Origin: Octopus bimaculoides
Lineage: Eukaryota
Direction of reading: 5' to 3'
Assembly: GCF_001194135.2 (NCBI RefSeq)
Contig: NC_069003.1
Coordinates: 25,417,190-25,469,058, forward strand
Length of the DNA: 51,869 nucleotides
The notes under the pieces were generated by a model. That model saw only the letters and a program-made list of their open reading frames with translations, had not been told where the DNA came from and searched no databases. Positions 1 through 12,400 of this stretch are shown in pieces. A program made the position numbers and the translations under genes. Each line of letters starts with the position of its first letter. The stretch's first letter is position 1.

Positions 1-870
1 TAGAGTTTAGCAAGAAATGCAGATGGTTGTTTTACATAAAGGTATAGCAAACTCATAAGAGGCGGAGAGAGAACGTAAGTTCGTTTGCCCGAACATGAGA
101 AATTATTGATTTCTCATTGGTTAAAAAGTACTGCCCATATACGAATTATGAACTTCGTTGAAGAAGTCTTTCACGGGGTTACGGTTCTAGGATTCGTGTA
201 TGAGTAGTTATAAAAACCCTGATTTTCGGCCAAATCTCCAGTGATCGTTGAATGTTACTCAAGTCCACGACACTCACCCTTTTGAGTATAGGCTAATATA
301 TATACCACGTTCAATACTCAAATCCGACAATATTGAATTGTCGTGAAACCTTATTAGTTAGAATGAGAAACTAGTTAATAATAAATTTAAGTCGTAAATT
401 CTCTACGATGAAATGCTTTGTTTCTAAATTTCTATAAATGTAAAAATATGTATATAATAAATTAATGTAGAAACTTAATTGGTAAAAATTTGGCGACCGG
501 TAATAAAGTTACAATTTTGGCTAGGAAAAAAAGTCACAATTTATGGGATCCGGATAAAACACCTGTGACTTTTTTCCTGCGACTTTTTTTTTTATCTGGA
601 TTCAAAATTTTACCCGGTCATATCCCATTCCTCATCTGTTATAAACCAAATTTCATGACAATTCGACACCTTCCGATAATATTGTTCAGATTGGCGGTGT
701 CAATGAATCTAGGGGTTACATGTGAGCTACTTCACGTTTCATATTCGGATAGTGCAGGAATTGGACCATCTTGGATTGCACACTGAGCACGATTCGGCAA
801 TCGTTCAGTATCAAATAGTATGGCTACTCTGTGAAGAAATATGAAGCTAAAAAACGAAAATAACATTCGA

Positions 871-1089
871 GGGCGATCTTACGTTACCAGTTCCAAAGCT
901 GTCAATTAAACCACGTGTGTTTATTTACACCACATCGGCCTTTTCCGTAAAAAGGAAAAAGGCCGATGTGTTAGGGTTAGGGGCGGAATTCCCTAACCCT
1001 AAAACCCTCTTGCGGAAAAGGCCGATGTGATGTAAATAAACACACGTGCTTTAAGTGACAGCTTTGGAACTGGTAACTTAAGATCGCCC
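871..1089. mobile_element. MITE with 77-bp TIRs, 6-bp TSD (ATTCGA) and telomere-repeat core
   Basis: TIRs 871-947/1013-1089 (73/77 identical); ATTCGA at 865-870 and 1090-1095; single ATTCAA at the paralogous empty site near 17755-17760. Confidence 0.9.
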
Positions 1090-1196
1090 ATTCGAGTAAA
1101 CAGAAAACGTAAAATGTTAAAGGTCTTCTAAGGATATGTGTATAACTCCATTCATGGACTCTAGGTTACGTTCGTTTGACCTATTAACTAAAGTAT

Positions 1197-1389
1197 ACAT
1201 TTTACGTTTTCTGTTTACTCGAATGGGCGATCTTAAGTTACCAGTTCCAAAGCTGTCACTTAAAGCACGTGTGTTTATTTACATCACATCGGCCTTTTCC
1301 GTAAGAGGGTTTTAGGGTGAGGGAATTCCGCCCCTAACCCTAACACATCGGCCCTTTCCTTTTTACGGAAAAGGCCGATGTGGTGTAAA
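1197..1389 (-). repeat. Inverted duplication of 924-1117 (partial MITE plus host flank)
   Basis: Reverse complement of 924-1117 with about 4 differences; includes the TSD and 22 bp of flank; 79-bp spacer. Confidence 0.9.
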
Positions 1390-1426
1390 GTTGAGTGTTT
1401 GATATATTTTAACTACATGTTGTCAT

Positions 1427-1778
1427 ATGGAGGCGCAATGGCCCAGTGGTTAGGGCAGCGGACTCGCGATTTCGATTCCCAGACCGGGCGTTGTGAGTGT
1501 TTATTGAGCGAAAACACCTAGAGCTCCACGAGGCTCCGGCAGGGGATGGTGGCGAACCCTGCTGTACTCTTTCACCACAACTTTCTCTCACTCTTACTTC
1601 CTGTTTCTGTTGTGCCTGTAATTCAAAGGGTCAGCCTTGTCACACTGTGTCACGCTGAATATCCCCCGAGAACTACGTTAAGGGTACACGTGTCTGTGGA
1701 GTGCTCAGCCACTTGCACGTTAATTTCACGATCGGATCAACTGGAACTCTCGACGTCGTAATCGACGGAGTGCCAACA
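1427..1778 (+). mobile_element. tRNA-derived SINE, family A
   Basis: A-box-like TGGCCCAGTGG and B-box-like TTCGATTCCC; (CAA) tail; 12-bp TSD ACATGTTGTCAT (1415-1426, 1779-1790); empty site in the paralogue near 17865-17890. Confidence 0.9.
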
Positions 1779-2419
1779 ACATGTTGTCATGCAACGACTA
1801 TGTCTAGTAGGGATAGTCGAACAGAGTTAAACTCTGTATCTAATGAGGTGAGGTGAGCGTCTTTAAGTTCGATAAAAAAAAATGTTGTAAAAGCTTCTCA
1901 CCTTAGAAATGCTTATAGTATGATTTCTGACCTTGTTATCTACATACCTTAAGTGAGACCCACTATCTGGAACTAGACAGCATGGAATAAGTAAGCACCA
2001 AATTTTAGAGAAAAGTATGACAAAAAAGGGAAATAGTAGATAAGAAAAGTGATATAAAATAAATTAGCTTTAGAGCTTTGTTGATGAATTGAAAGTACCG
2101 GCCGATAGTGCTGTGATGAAATAAGCTACTAATTGTTTCGAGGGCTTTAATCTTCTAACCTGAGAATTATTTATTCAGGCGTTATCTCATTTCAGCACGC
2201 TTTTGAATATCATTAAACCTTTTTTGTTTTTTTTTATTATTCATTTACACAATTTGGTGGCGAGAAGCTTCTTGGGTATATAGACATAAGAAGAGGAAAT
2301 ATTGTGCTTATTTCTTCAATGAGACCATCAGTGGTAGGACACCGATCCCCATACGTATATACAAAACATACATACAGTCACACACGTAGAAAGTAAAGCC
2401 ATATATGTTTAGATTGAAA

Positions 2420-2607
2420 ATGGCCAAAAATAACGAAATTATTATCCAAGTAAACTTACTAAATGCTAAATCAGAAGGGAAGAGAAATCTCACAGAAGGT
2501 GTTACAGAGATATGTCCCCAGAAAGGTATGAATCCCGGATTTTGTGAAGATGATGAGTGTATAAATCGAGAATCAGATATCAATGTTACACCTGATCAAC
2601 CTGTAAG
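2420..2607 (+). CDS. SLC16-like copy 1 exon 1 (cytoplasmic N-terminus)
   Basis: gaaaATGG start is shared with copy 2. Donor AG|gtaatt (phase 2) is the only donor in frame with exon 2. 180/188 nt identical to 18526-18713. Confidence 0.8.
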
Positions 2608-4554
2608 GTAATTAGTATTTTTTTTTTTTTAATTTAGTGATTTTAAGTACTTTATAATTGAGTACGGTAGTTGCATGTCGGTAACCGACAAATTACATCC
2701 ATCACACTGTTACCTAGAAACCAATATAAAAAAAAACCCCACATCACACACGGTTGGCAGCTACCCAAAATCCCACATAAACCCATGTCTCAACTGAGTC
2801 CATCATAAAGACTATCTCACTTCCTTCCTTTGACCTGAAAGGGCATGCAGGTTTTATCTGTCTGGTGGGTTTCGTGAACGAGGTTTTTGTGGTAGACGAG
2901 ACTGAAATGGCTGGAGACAGACAGCTACCTCTCACCAACTTTTTCGAGTTTCATTTGAATGAGAAAATATGAGTTGAGAGGGAAGTGCTACTTCTCAGCT
3001 AATTTGTTGAAAGATGAATGACAGTGGCGAGCATGGTCCAAGTGAAGAGGCCTGCTCTGAGCATGTACCTGTCAGAGAAGGATCACCTCTGACAGGTCAG
3101 AGAAGGACAACCGAGAGAAAGGGCACTTGCCTTACTGGTCAGCGTCACTATGGTTTTGTGCGGTTTCCGCATGTCACCCTCGGAGGTCTCCCCACTTTTA
3201 GGAATTTTACTCTGAATTTTTCCGGGTTTTCTCTTTTTGCTATTTCTTTTATTTACACGTTTTTTTTGTGTAATCCCCCATGTGTAAGTCTTGTGATCAT
3301 CTTGGAATTAAGGTTAATTTCTTAATGACCACAGATTACTAGTCATAGATGTGATAGTATTACTGAAACCATAATTCTGGAACGCATGCACTCAACATCA
3401 TTTTTTACTACTACAATATGTACTCACCTTGAGGTTCGACGTGATCGGATGGTGAAGTAGAATTGCTTTTCCGGGAAGAATTAGGTTAAGCAGTACAGAC
3501 AATCTTCATAAATCCACGTGGTGAGTCGGCGGCATTGCACATGAATGATTGTAAAGTCAGTGCCCTGAGACTCAGTTCAAAACCAAAATTCATCAAAAGA
3601 AACGGTGGTCTGGCGCAGGTGTGGTCCATTATAATTTCATTAAACTGGGCTCATCAATCATGGTCGAAGTATACTGCAGCCAACTGGACCAAATGATGCA
3701 GAAACTTACAAAAAAACAGCCTAGGTTAGTCAACAGATCCACTCCTATTTTATTGCAAAACACCAAACCACACATCGCAAAAATGACATTGATGAAACTA
3801 CAGGAGTTGGAGTTGGAAGTTCTCCATCATCCAGTTGCATAAAAGAGATATCTGGTGTAATCCTCCTTACACAAATTTTGTTTTAAAAAATCAAAGCATT
3901 TAACAGATAACATTACTGTTATTAACCATCATAAACTAAGTAAACTGTTCCTAAATAGGTACAAAACAGATGCACATATGAATAGAGTCCCTAATCATTC
4001 TCTTGTAACTTGTTCTTATTGGCAAGTTTCAAACATCTTTAGTGAAGCAGTTGTGTCTGAGCCACACTCTGTGTGGCTAACACAGACAATAATTTATCTC
4101 CTTTTCACCCAAACTATGATCACCAGATTTGATTACGTAAGCAGTAACCCTAATTATGATACCTGACATGTGACTATAATACTAACAAAACTATCCCTAT
4201 CAACAACGTTCTGGACAGTCTTGATCGCAATGCACATGACCAGTTGATTCTATCCCTTGCTATTCTATCCCTGTTCCTTCCCTCCAATGTTATAGAAATC
4301 CTCTTCCTGCCTTATATTCTTGTTCTACTCCCCTTCCTTCAGCCATTTAAATCTCTGGCACTACAATGCAAACTGCTTTTTGCCGATCTTCTCTTCATGA
4401 GGAAAGCCGGTCTTATTGTAATATTTCTCTGTGTCTGTTTACTGATTATATACCCATCACTTATTTGCATATTCCGTCTGCAAGTTATGATTATTGCATA
4501 ATTGCAGGAACCGCTGTCGATCGAGCTAAGAAATTGCATATATTTTCATTCTCC

Positions 4555-4597
<43 letters not shown>

Positions 4598-6963
4598 NNN
4601 NNNNNNNNNNNNNNNNNNNNNNNNNNNNNNNNNNNNNNNNNNNNNNNNNNNNNNNNNNNNNNNNNNNNNNNNNNNNNNNNNNNNNNNNNNNNNNNNNNNN
4701 NNNNNNNNNNNNNNNNNNNNNNNNNNNNNNNNNNNNNNNNNNNNNNNNNNNNNNNNNNNNNNNNNNNNNNNNNNNNNNNNNNNNNNNNNNNNNNNNNNNN
4801 NNNNNNNNNNNNNNNNNNNNNNNNNNNNNNNNNNNNNNNNNNNNNNNNNNNNNNNNNNNNNNNNNNNNNNNNNNNNNNNNNNNNNNNNNNNNNNNNNNNN
4901 NNNNNNNNNNNNNNNNNNNNNNNNNNNNNNNNNNNNNNNNNNNNNNNNNNNNNNNNNNNNNNNNNNNNNNNNNNNNNNNNNNNNNNNNNNNNNNNNNNNN
5001 NNNNNNNNNNNNNNNNNNNNNNNNNNNNNNNNNNNNNNNNNNNNNNNNNNNNNNNNNNNNNNNNNNNNNNNNNNNNNNNNNNNNNNNNNNNNNNNNNNNN
5101 NNNNNNNNNNNNNNNNNNNNNNNNNNNNNNNNNNNNNNNNNNNNNNNNNNNNNNNNNNNNNNNNNNNNNNNNNNNNNNNNNNNNNNNNNNNNNNNNNNNN
5201 NNNNNNNNNNNNNNNNNNNNNNNNNNNNNNNNNNNNNNNNNNNNNNNNNNNNNNNNNNNNNNNNNNNNNNNNNNNNNNNNNNNNNNNNNNNNNNNNNNNN
5301 NNNNNNNTACTTAACTGGTTTCACTTATTTAAAAATATTTTCAAAAGTAAAGTGTGAAGTTTAGTTTACAAAAATTTATTCAAATCAAGTGATAGCCACC
5401 CACACTATTGTTACACCTGAAAACGAATACTGGATGACAATGGCATTTAAGGGATTTATCTGCTGTATTCTTTCACCACAACTTTCTCTCACTGTTTCTT
5501 TCTGTTTCTGTTGTACCTGGATTTCAAAGGGCCAGCCTTGTCACACTCTGTGTCACGCTGAAGATCCCCGAGAACTACGTTAAGGGTACNNNNNNNNNNC
5601 TGTGTCACGCTGAAGATCCCCGAGAACTACGTTAAGGGTACACGTGTCTGTGGAGTGCTCAGCCACTTGCACGTTAATTTCACGAGCAGGCTGTTCTGTT
5701 GATCGGATCAACTGGAGCCTTTGCCGTCATAACTAATGGAGCGCCACGCTATATACATAAGACTATTGAAATTATAAAAGTACATTTTAATTAGTACTGT
5801 GCTGCTACAAATTGTTAGTACTGTACTACTGTTATATGTTCTGTTTTACCACAACTACTACTATTACCACTGCTGCTGCTCTTCTACTACTACTATTATT
5901 GCTACAACTACTACTGTAGTTTTTCTCTATTTGCAGGACAGTGGAGTGTACACCGGAGGGTCACACATCAAGTCAATGTTCTTCTTTCATGAAATATCTA
6001 TCTTATGTTTTTATATTATACAACAATGTGTTGGGTTTTGGTTTTGCTTATTCTCTCGGAATTCTATACACCTACTTTATAAGAGAATTTAACACTACAA
6101 AATCTGAAACAGCCATGATAACATCTGCATGTAGTGCAACTTTGGGTGGTGCAGGTGAGTATTCATTAACTAATAGCAGTTAGTTTTACTACCAGTAGAA
6201 AAAAGGAAATAACTAATATTTTGGTTAATAACCTTTGCCCTCTCATCTTGTCATTTGGAACCGTTTGTGAATAACCTAAAATATGCCATATTCTTACACT
6301 TTTGGAAGAAGAAATAGTTCAGAGCTAGAAGTATATGTAACAATATTAAAGATCAAACAACAAATATTAATATTCCTTCAAGCAATAATCTTACATATAA
6401 TAAAATGTAACTTGTATCTCATTGGTTACACTGGGTAAAGAATAGTAAAATGACAAATGGAGTGGGAGCAAGTAACAGTCAGAGGTGTTGAATGCAGGTA
6501 AATTATTAAAAAAAAAAAGGCTTTGCTCTGAAGACTCTTTGTATTTTGACCAAAACAAAACTTTTTATTATAAATTGTATTTAATTTATCAGTTTCGCAT
6601 ACACATATATAAGCATTTATCTGAAACTAAATATCAAACTCTTTTGTTTGCAAAATATTAAGGTCCACATAATATATATATAAATGTTACATGAACTAAA
6701 TAACCTCCTAAGCAGACTTAGTGCAGATATGAGTAGAATATGGGAACTGGTATTAAGGAAAGATACAGAAATATTAGATTTATAAGCCCTAAAATTCACT
6801 CTATAATTTCCCATGGGCATATACTGTTTAGTTTATGTATTTTCCAGTGATGTTCTCTGTCAATTATTTTAACTTCATCCCACAGAGGAAGGTGGTCTCA
6901 GTTTTTCCATCCGTCCAACGCAGTAGTTGTACTAACAAGTAATATTCATAGCCACTTCAACAT

Positions 6964-7005
<42 letters not shown>

Positions 7006-9383
7006 TGTACATATATATATCATCAGCATCATCATCGTTTAGCGCATTTAAACCAGCCATATCCGGCCAAAAGTATTTTGCCTATTCTATGTTCAAACTG
7101 ACCAGATCTGGTCTCTCACACCAACCCTACAATATCGTTTTAAAAATTAACAGCTACCTCATCAAAATCTCATAGCTACAAGATAATGCATGATTAGTTC
7201 AAGACAATGTGGATAAAAAAGCATTAATCATGGCAGAATAATGTGAACACTAAAGGATTAATCAAAGAAATTTTAATTCTATCATTCTGTAAAATAATAT
7301 TTAATTAGTTTAAATGTACACAAATGCATAAAAATAATTTTTAATTCCATTAGACATTCTAAAATATATATATATGTATATACGTATATACATATAGTCA
7401 TCTACTATATCGTAGTGAAGACTAAAGCCTTGTGAATAGATTTGGTAGATGCAATGTGAAAGAAGACTTCCGTGTATATTTGCATTTATACCTATATATG
7501 TGTGTATGTACGTGTGTGTGTACATGCATTGTGTGGATGATATTTTCAATCGCGACGTTACAACCACATCTGATTCTTCAAATGTTTTAATTCCGTGTAT
7601 GTACATATATTTACTAGAGTGCTGGCATTTATCAATGGTTTCCCTCATTGTATTGTTGTGCAATTTTTTTATCATTGATAAAACTGTCAGCATTTTTGAT
7701 GACATGAGTTTACTAGTTATTCTACAAAATTCCTTCTTTTCTTATTAACAAGATATAATAATTATCTTATTCTATTTCTTCAGCATTTACCAAGATTTTT
7801 CTTAAATTCCCACTTTTCATTTGTAGGAATATTTGCAGGAATGTTGTACAGAAAAATTGGTATTGGACGGTCATATATCCTTGCCAGCGCTTTGTGTTCA
7901 ATTGGTTTGTTTGCAAGTAGCTTTACACCAAACATATGGTTTCTGTTTTTCTCACTTGGAATCTTATTTGGTAAGTTCAACAAATTATGGCTGAAATACT
8001 AACCAAGACATATTTGATTTATTCAGTTAGACATTGGTTAGAACTTCAATGTGGCTTGTAGCAGTACTCAGCATTCAAAACTCTATCAGTTGAGTTACAA
8101 GAAAAAGACACATCTTATTGAGTTTCTATATCTGGTGGAGGGAGACGGTCTGGTAAACTTGGTCCATATTTCAGCCAAACATTGTTCCGGTGCATTTGTG
8201 TGATGTTAAGATTAATGGAGAATTCCTTGCAGTTTCACAAAAAAATTATGGTTATAGATTGATATGCACAGAAGATATGAGGCTGGGCAGTCAGAGGACT
8301 CATAGAGGATTTTTTAGTTAACTGGTACCTATTCTGTTCTAACTTCATGTAAAAAATCTCCTCTCATCAAGCATACATCCTCACACATTAGCTGCTGGTA
8401 TTCAGCACAATAGTCTTTTTTAAAGTAACAATTTTAACATCAATCCGTGGACATGTTAATAAAAGCTAAATACTGGGATTGACTTTATTTGGGGGTAGCA
8501 CGCAACCAGACTGAATGTTCGCAGTACCTTTCTAAGCAGCCAAACAGACTATTTGATATTGGAAATCCTGTTAAGCTGCCGATATTCTCTCCTGAAGACC
8601 GTAGAGAATCCAACGCGAACATTGAAATTGTGATTGAAACAACATAGTAAATGTTTGTATATTTGTGCTTTAGTGCATGCAGAACCACTGACATGCATGA
8701 TTCTATGTAAATCTATTTTAACCCATTACCTCCCATAATTCTATTAACTGGAATTTTTTTATGAAACTTTGATTTCTAGCATAAAACAGTCTTAGAAACA
8801 CGCTGGAATGATCAAAATAACATTTTAAATAGAAATAAGCGAGATATTGGGTGAAAAAGTAGCAAACCTCATTTGAATATCAGAGAAATATACCTAGTAG
8901 ATATAGCAAAAAGGTTAGATATGTGTAAATATTGACAGATAATTACAAAATTTGTAATTTTTAAGTGATCTCATATGAGATCACTGGTAGGTAATGGGTT
9001 AATCACTCTGAGAAAATATTTCCTATACTTTGTTTAGAGAAAGAAGAGAATTTCATTGTTACATAATAAATGTAGAATCAAAATTCACATGATATCATAT
9101 TCATAGCTTCTTGATAACTATACCATGTTCATGATGTAGAGAATTAATCTACAATGGCTAAATTCACCTCACTGTAACAAAGTAATAGGTAACAAGTATC
9201 ATTCAGTGGTATAAATAGCTGTAAGTCTATGATGTTGATATGGTCTTAATGACTACAGCTGCGAGTCGAATTCTCGTTTCAGGTAAAGCTACTTTTGATC
9301 CAGTGTTTTGTCCACTTTGCGGTTTTACTCTATCTGCTTAACAGTATGAACCCATAGAGAAGCACTCACACACACACAGATAG

Positions 9384-9414
<31 letters not shown>

Positions 9415-12400
9415 TATATACCCATTATTATTGGAGCAGCAGGATGCATACCAATCCATCTGGAGCCAAATATGACTGAACTTGGAATCTTGGGGAGAGA
9501 AAGCAAATCCTTAATTTATAAGCTACAAATGATCGCGATATCTGAGACTATAGAAATCTGCAAGATTTTCTATAGACTTAAAGACTGACGCTTAAAACAG
9601 GATATTTTCCTTTACAACCTTGCTATCAAGTCAGTGGTTGGTCAAAATTTACTCTAAATTAAAAAGAGAAAGAGAAGACATACATACATACATACATTAT
9701 CAACTCGTAGGTAAGTATAACCATTGATGAAAATTATCACTTAAACTCTCACCTTCAAAGCCAAGTTATTCAGTAACAGACACGAGTAATACCTCTGGCT
9801 TCACAATGAGGTGAAGTTATTTCGGAGTTTCCCTCTCCTACGGAAATGTCTTGTAGCAAGACCCGTTTCTGTTGTGGCATTTTGTAGTCAACTAGCCTTT
9901 TATAGGCGCCACATGTTAATCTTTAATGAATGGTCATTTGATTTATCATGGGAGTTTGGAATATTTAGCTGAGTCCTGTATTTTGATTGGCTGAATATTG
10001 CAAGGGACATGAATCTCAGATCCAATCACGTAGTGCGTAACAATTTCTAAATAACTTAACTTGAACCGTTGCTGGGAGTCTATATTTACTGATATATAAC
10101 CTTAACAAAACCTCTGTAATAGGGAGTTGAGAGGATTCCAGGAGGACACATCATATTTTCCTGTTGTAATAATGAAGCCAGAGCTGAATTATCTAAACAA
10201 TGGATGAACTATACAGCCACCAGAATCCATGATGTGTTTATTCAATCCACTGTAAAATTTAGCAAAGCAATAAAATATTTCTTGGTTTACTACGGAAACT
10301 TGGATACCATTATATAACATGTGTTGCATGTTAACTCATAAAAATAATACAAGAAACAAACTTTAAAATAACAGCATGACTTTATTCCTCAGCTAAACTA
10401 TATAGTGGCCCTCCAGTTGAGATGACGATCATAGTGATGTAAAAAAAAATCAGTTCCAATGATGGGGTAAGGGAGATCAGCTATAAGAAAAAATCACTTG
10501 AACTCTCTTCATAAATTCAAATATTTTTGTCATATGTTGGTATCGGTGAATGATTTACACATGTATACATTCATACATACAAAAATACATGCATGTGCAG
10601 GCAGGAATACACATGTACATTTCTACATGAGTATCTACACAGCACTGTTCATACATCAAAACCAAAAGCCATTCATATCTTATATAGATTCCCTCGCTGA
10701 ATAATCTTGAGACTGTGTGCTTATGTAACAAATCTACAATATCTTTAATACAATCATCTTTCTTTATATTTTATTTCAGGTTCTGGAGCAGCCATCAACA
10801 ATATCGTCAGTTACGCAGCCTTGGAGAAATTATTCCACCAAAATGTTCAAATTCTATCCATTATACTGACATTATGTGCCCCATTCGGAATTTTATGTGT
10901 ACCATATTTAGTAAATTTTTTATTAAATATCTACTCTTGGAGAGGAGCTTTGTTGATTATTTCTGGCTTCTGTTTGAACATGTGTTTTTCAGGATTGTTA
11001 TCGAAAGTTGATAGAAAACCAAAATCTGATGCGAAGGTTGAACGACTAAAAATATTTGATATAAAAATATTGAAAAACAAACGTTTCTTGATATTATCAA
11101 CTAGTGCATCAGTAAATACATGTTGTGGTTCCCTTCTTCTGCTCCTTATTGTAGATTTTTGGGTTGGAAAGGGTCATCCAATGTTAGAGGGTATTACACT
11201 AGTTACTTTTGTAAGTATTTCAAGTTTGGCAAGCAGACTTGTCTTTTGCTTCTTCAGCCTCTTATTCGACATAAGACCAGTACTCATTCTCATATTTTAC
11301 ATAGTTTGTGGTACTAGTGGAACGTTCTTCATTTTTGCTCCTTTGTGTGATACTTATTCACCATTAGTGTTCCTGATAGTCTTGAATGGATTTTCTCGCG
11401 GCTTGTTCTCCACATTACGTCCCCTGGTCTTCAAAAAAGTTGTCGGTATTGAAGCTTACCCACTAGCGATTGGTTATACTTACACTGTAACTGGTATATG
11501 TGCAATACCGATGGCAACTATTGTAGGTAAGTGTGAAAGTCTTCATCTCTTCTGCTCCAGACTTTGTCGGTCATAATTTTACTATGTCTCTAATCCCACA
11601 GTTGGCTTCATCTGCTTTCTGATTAGTGGCTTACTTGTGATACAGGAAACACTGAGATATTCACTGTTAAATCTATTCACCACAGATAAATTATAAAGAC
11701 AATAAAAGATAGAACTAAGTGTTTTTCTATTAATTTACAATTGCATTCTACATATATGTCTGGATTAACAAAGCTACAAAACTGTATACAGAAGACGAAA
11801 GCGAAATCGTGATGGCATCACCATTTGAGTGTGATCGTTACCAGCATCGCCTTCCTGGCACTTGTGCCAGTGGCACGTGAAAAGTCATTCAAGTGAAATT
11901 GTTGCCAGTGCTGTTGGACTGGCTCCTGTGCAGGTGGCATGTAGAATACACCATTTTGAGCGTGGCCGTTGCCAGTACCACCTGACTGGCCTTCATGCCG
12001 GTGGCACGTAAAAGCACCCACTACACTCTCGGAGTGGTTGGCGTTAGGAAGTGCATCCAGCTGTAGAAACTCTGCCAAATCAGATTGGAGCCTGGTGTAG
12101 CCATCTGGTTCACCAGTGCTCAGTCAAATCGTCCAACCCATGCTAGCATGGAAAGTGGACATTAAATGATGATGATGATGATATAACATTAAAGGTGATG
12201 AAACAATGTAAAAGAATACAATTTTAGATGTTTACATGTGACCTCTAACTTTTTGGCTTAAAATCTTTTTTTTTTCTTTTCTAGGTAAAATCACAGATCT
12301 TACACAGAGTTATGACTTTGCTTTTTATCTCACTGGACTATTTGAAATTCTTATGGTTTTGTTATTAGGATCTACATACATACTTATTACTTGTATGAGA

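Noticed and set aside
1427-1500. SINE heads as tRNA genes
   Set aside because: A/B boxes are present but there is no complete cloverleaf; they continue into SINE bodies with TSDs.
2405-2419. Upstream in-frame ATG adding MFRLK to copy 1
   Set aside because: Absent from copy 2; the shared gaaaATGG at 2420 has the better context. Not excluded, only unsupported.
2603-2608. Alternative exon 1 donor CCT|gtaagg
   Set aside because: Phase 0 would frameshift exon 2; AG|gtaatt keeps the frame in both copies.
4366-5364. Long ORFs full of X (also 15283-15755, 16344-16591, 16826-17392, 32376-33012, 42441-43328, 43901-44659)
   Set aside because: They are open only because they run through N gaps (4598-5307, 15322-15677, 16381-16553, 17032-17183, 32671-32770, 42599-43083, 43958-44460).
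5549-5641. Apparent tandem duplications across tiny gaps (also 35489-35546 / 35557-35614)
   Set aside because: Identical sequence on both sides of 9-10 N is the signature of overlapping contig ends.
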